A stretch of DNA of 64,000 nt from IMG/VR virus record IMGVR_UViG_3300029258_004075, one strand, 5' to 3'. The translations under genes and the position numbers were made by a program. A model generated the notes under the pieces. It searched no databases. It was not told where the DNA came from and was given only the letters and a program-made list of their open reading frames with translations. Shown one piece after another: positions 62,095-64,000 of the stretch. This stretch comes from an uncultured virus (IMG/VR IMGVR_UViG_3300029258_004075). Lineage: Duplodnaviria > Heunggongvirae > Uroviricota > Caudoviricetes. Each line of letters starts with the position of its first letter. Position 1 is the first letter of the stretch.

Positions 62095-64000
62095 ATGAAA
62101 AAGGCAAGAACTAAAACAAAAAGCACACTCCTTATGCTAATATTATCGCTTTCATTGATAATCTCTAGTATTGGTGTACGAGCAGCAAATGAACCAGATT
62201 TATATCTCTATCTAAATGGAACTACAAGCACATCTGCTAACATAACAATCGGGGACACATTTAATTTCTCTGAATATATTGACCAGAATGGAGATGATGC
62301 GCAAGCAGTAAAAGTATCAGTAAATTTCACTACTAATATGAATGTAACAAGTGGAGAAGAAGGACCAAATAATATATGGGGTTCTACCTTTCTTACAATA
62401 GGGACAATAACAAATGATACTGGAGATGGAACAGGTTCAGTCAACTACACACAAAATGGTGTAACCTGTGAAGTAGACGATGGTGAAATTGCAAGATTTA
62501 ATGCTATTGGCACTGAAGTTGGTGTTGCAACTATCAATTGGACATATATCAGATTGGACGATTGTGATGTAAACACGTTAGATGTTTTTATGCATAATGC
62601 GACAGTTTTCATTCATCCAGAACATCCTTCTGGTTTCTCAGTTATATCAGAAACGACATCTAGTATAAACACATCATGGTCTTTTGCTCCTTATAGTGGT
62701 GTAGATAATTACGTTCTTTACGGCAGTACAACAGACTCTCCTACAGACCGTGACCCTGCAGAAGAACTTTACAACAGTTCAGACCTATCAACAGTTTATT
62801 ATAATCATACAGGACTTGACCCAGGACAGAAATGGTATTACACTTTGTGGGGATACAATGCCACAGAAAATATGTATTCAAATATATATGGAGAAAAGAA
62901 TGCAACGACAGGAATACCAGATTATCCACCAGAAATTACCCTTATTAGTCCTTCCAACACAACAACACCAAAACTTGAATATACAACATCAGTAGACCTT
63001 CAAGTATCAATAGATGACCCAGAAGATGGCACGGTAACAACCTACATTGAATGTGATGGAAACAACGATACATTTAGCGGTGAAGGCACAAAAACAAGTA
63101 CAGTGTCAGGACTCTCAGCAGGAACATACACATGGTATGTTAATTCAACAGATGGAGAATCTTATAATCGTACATGGTATCAATTTACAATAAATGCAAA
63201 ACCATCAGGTGGCGGTGGTGGAGGGGGATATAATCCGACCCCATCAAATGGAGCACCCTCAGTCAGTATAACATCTCCACTATCAGTAAATGTAACTGAT
63301 GCTGACGGTGACGATATCACAGTAAAATTCTTTTGGCAAAACAATACTCAAATTGGCAGCGACCAAACAATCGTTGGTGGAGGACCTGAAACCGTATCGG
63401 TTTCACCATCTCTAACACACGGCGTCGAATACTTCTGGTACGTCACAGCAGCAGATGGGACTGACACCACAACAACAGATACTTGGTCATTCAATACAAC
63501 AACATTAGGAATCGACATTGATGCAGCATGGACAGCCGTACCAGCAAACAATACCATTTACAAATGGGTAAATGTCACCAATACAGGTTTAGAGAACCTC
63601 ACAAATGTAGATATTTGGGATAGACCATCAGATTACTTATTACTCGATTCATATAACCATGGTGCCGACTTTTCAGCAAACGGACACTATGAATGGACAA
63701 TCCCATACCTTAACCACACAGGCGAGAATACCTATTACAACATTACAATGTGGTTTTCATTAGATAGTTTGCCAACCAACAATCAATGCTTCTACAACCT
63801 TGTCAACGTATCACATCTTAGCCAAACAGATTCAGTGAATCTAACAGGGTTATGCTATTCATACACAGCAAACAAATCATCAAACATCACATATACTAAT
63901 GAAACAATAACGGAAGTGGGCTGGACAATCGAAATAGAGAACACAGGAGACTTTACACTAAACAATGTCTATGTAAATGAAACATACGACGATTGCGTAA
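62095..64000 (+). CDS. Secreted multidomain protein (cohesin-like, FN3, DUF11-like); runs off window, missing from ORF track
   Basis: AGGTG RBS, MKKARTK..signal peptide, IGDTFNFSEYID...GTITNDTGDGTGSVNYTQNG, NVTNTG..NLTNV, IENTGDFTLNNV. Confidence 0.8.
   Translation, partial: MKKARTKTKSTLLMLILSLSLIISSIGVRAANEPDLYLYLNGTTSTSANITIGDTFNFSEYIDQNGDDAQAVKVSVNFTTNMNVTSGEEGPNNIWGSTFLTIGTITNDTGDGTGSVNYTQNGVTCEVDDGEIARFNAIGTEVGVATINWTYIRLDDCDVNTLDVFMHNATVFIHPEHPSGFSVISETTSSINTSWSFAPYSGVDNYVLYGSTTDSPTDRDPAEELYNSSDLSTVYYNHTGLDPGQKWYYTLWGYNATENMYSNIYGEKNATTGIPDYPPEITLISPSNTTTPKLEYTTSVDLQVSIDDPEDGTVTTYIECDGNNDTFSGEGTKTSTVSGLSAGTYTWYVNSTDGESYNRTWYQFTINAKPSGGGGGGGYNPTPSNGAPSVSITSPLSVNVTDADGDDITVKFFWQNNTQIGSDQTIVGGGPETVSVSPSLTHGVEYFWYVTAADGTDTTTTDTWSFNTTTLGIDIDAAWTAVPANNTIYKWVNVTNTGLENLTNVDIWDRPSDYLLLDSYNHGADFSANGHYEWTIPYLNHTGENTYYNITMWFSLDSLPTNNQCFYNLVNVSHLSQTDSVNLTGLCYSYTANKSSNITYTNETITEVGWTIEIENTGDFTLNNVYVNETYDDCV

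Noticed and set aside
758..63557. Numerous minus-strand and nested + strand ORFs in the six-frame track
   Set aside because: They overlap well-supported + strand genes, lack motifs and RBSs, and look like shadow ORFs.
1..64000. Stop-codon reassignment
   Set aside because: Conserved genes are full length in the standard code and end in TAA, TAG and TGA.

Overview
This 64 kb window reads as part of the genome of a large archaeal virus (or virus-like element). Essentially every credible gene is on the + strand, genes overlap tightly, promoters are archaeal BRE/TATA type and RBSs are GGAGG/GGTGA. No HK97 capsid, portal or terminase is visible. Instead an 85-aa two-helix hydrophobic protein (52399..52656) looks like the major capsid protein of spindle-shaped archaeal viruses. 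Layout: (1) 1-21 kb, replication and DNA modification: GT4 glycosyltransferase, RFC small subunit with an HNH-type intein, Cas4/RecB-like nuclease, a 7-deazaguanine pathway (queD, queE, queC, folE, true queF, TGT/DpdA-like; predicts dPreQ1 in DNA), serine recombinase, family B polymerase and RFC large subunit. (2) 21-34 kb, accessory region: wHTH regulators, a CX5R phosphatase, two tRNA half-remnants, several hairpin RNAs, an apparently complete ubiquitin-like conjugation operon (Ubl-GGA, membrane-anchored E2-like, JAB, E1/ThiF, FYVE-like Zn finger), a UvrD-like helicase and an array of tiny ORFs joined by a repeated GGAGGACTAAA junction. (3) 34.7-48 kb: a 1519-aa low-complexity protein with a J-like domain, a viral poly(A)-polymerase-like nucleotidyltransferase, three proteins sharing an N-terminal DxDxD...DCxPF module on unrelated cargoes, and an M28 peptidase. 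(4) 48-64 kb, membrane/virion module: capsid-like hairpin proteins and secreted FN3, FG-GAP, cohesin-like, dockerin-like and DUF11 proteins. All family calls come from motifs recognised by eye; no database search was run.
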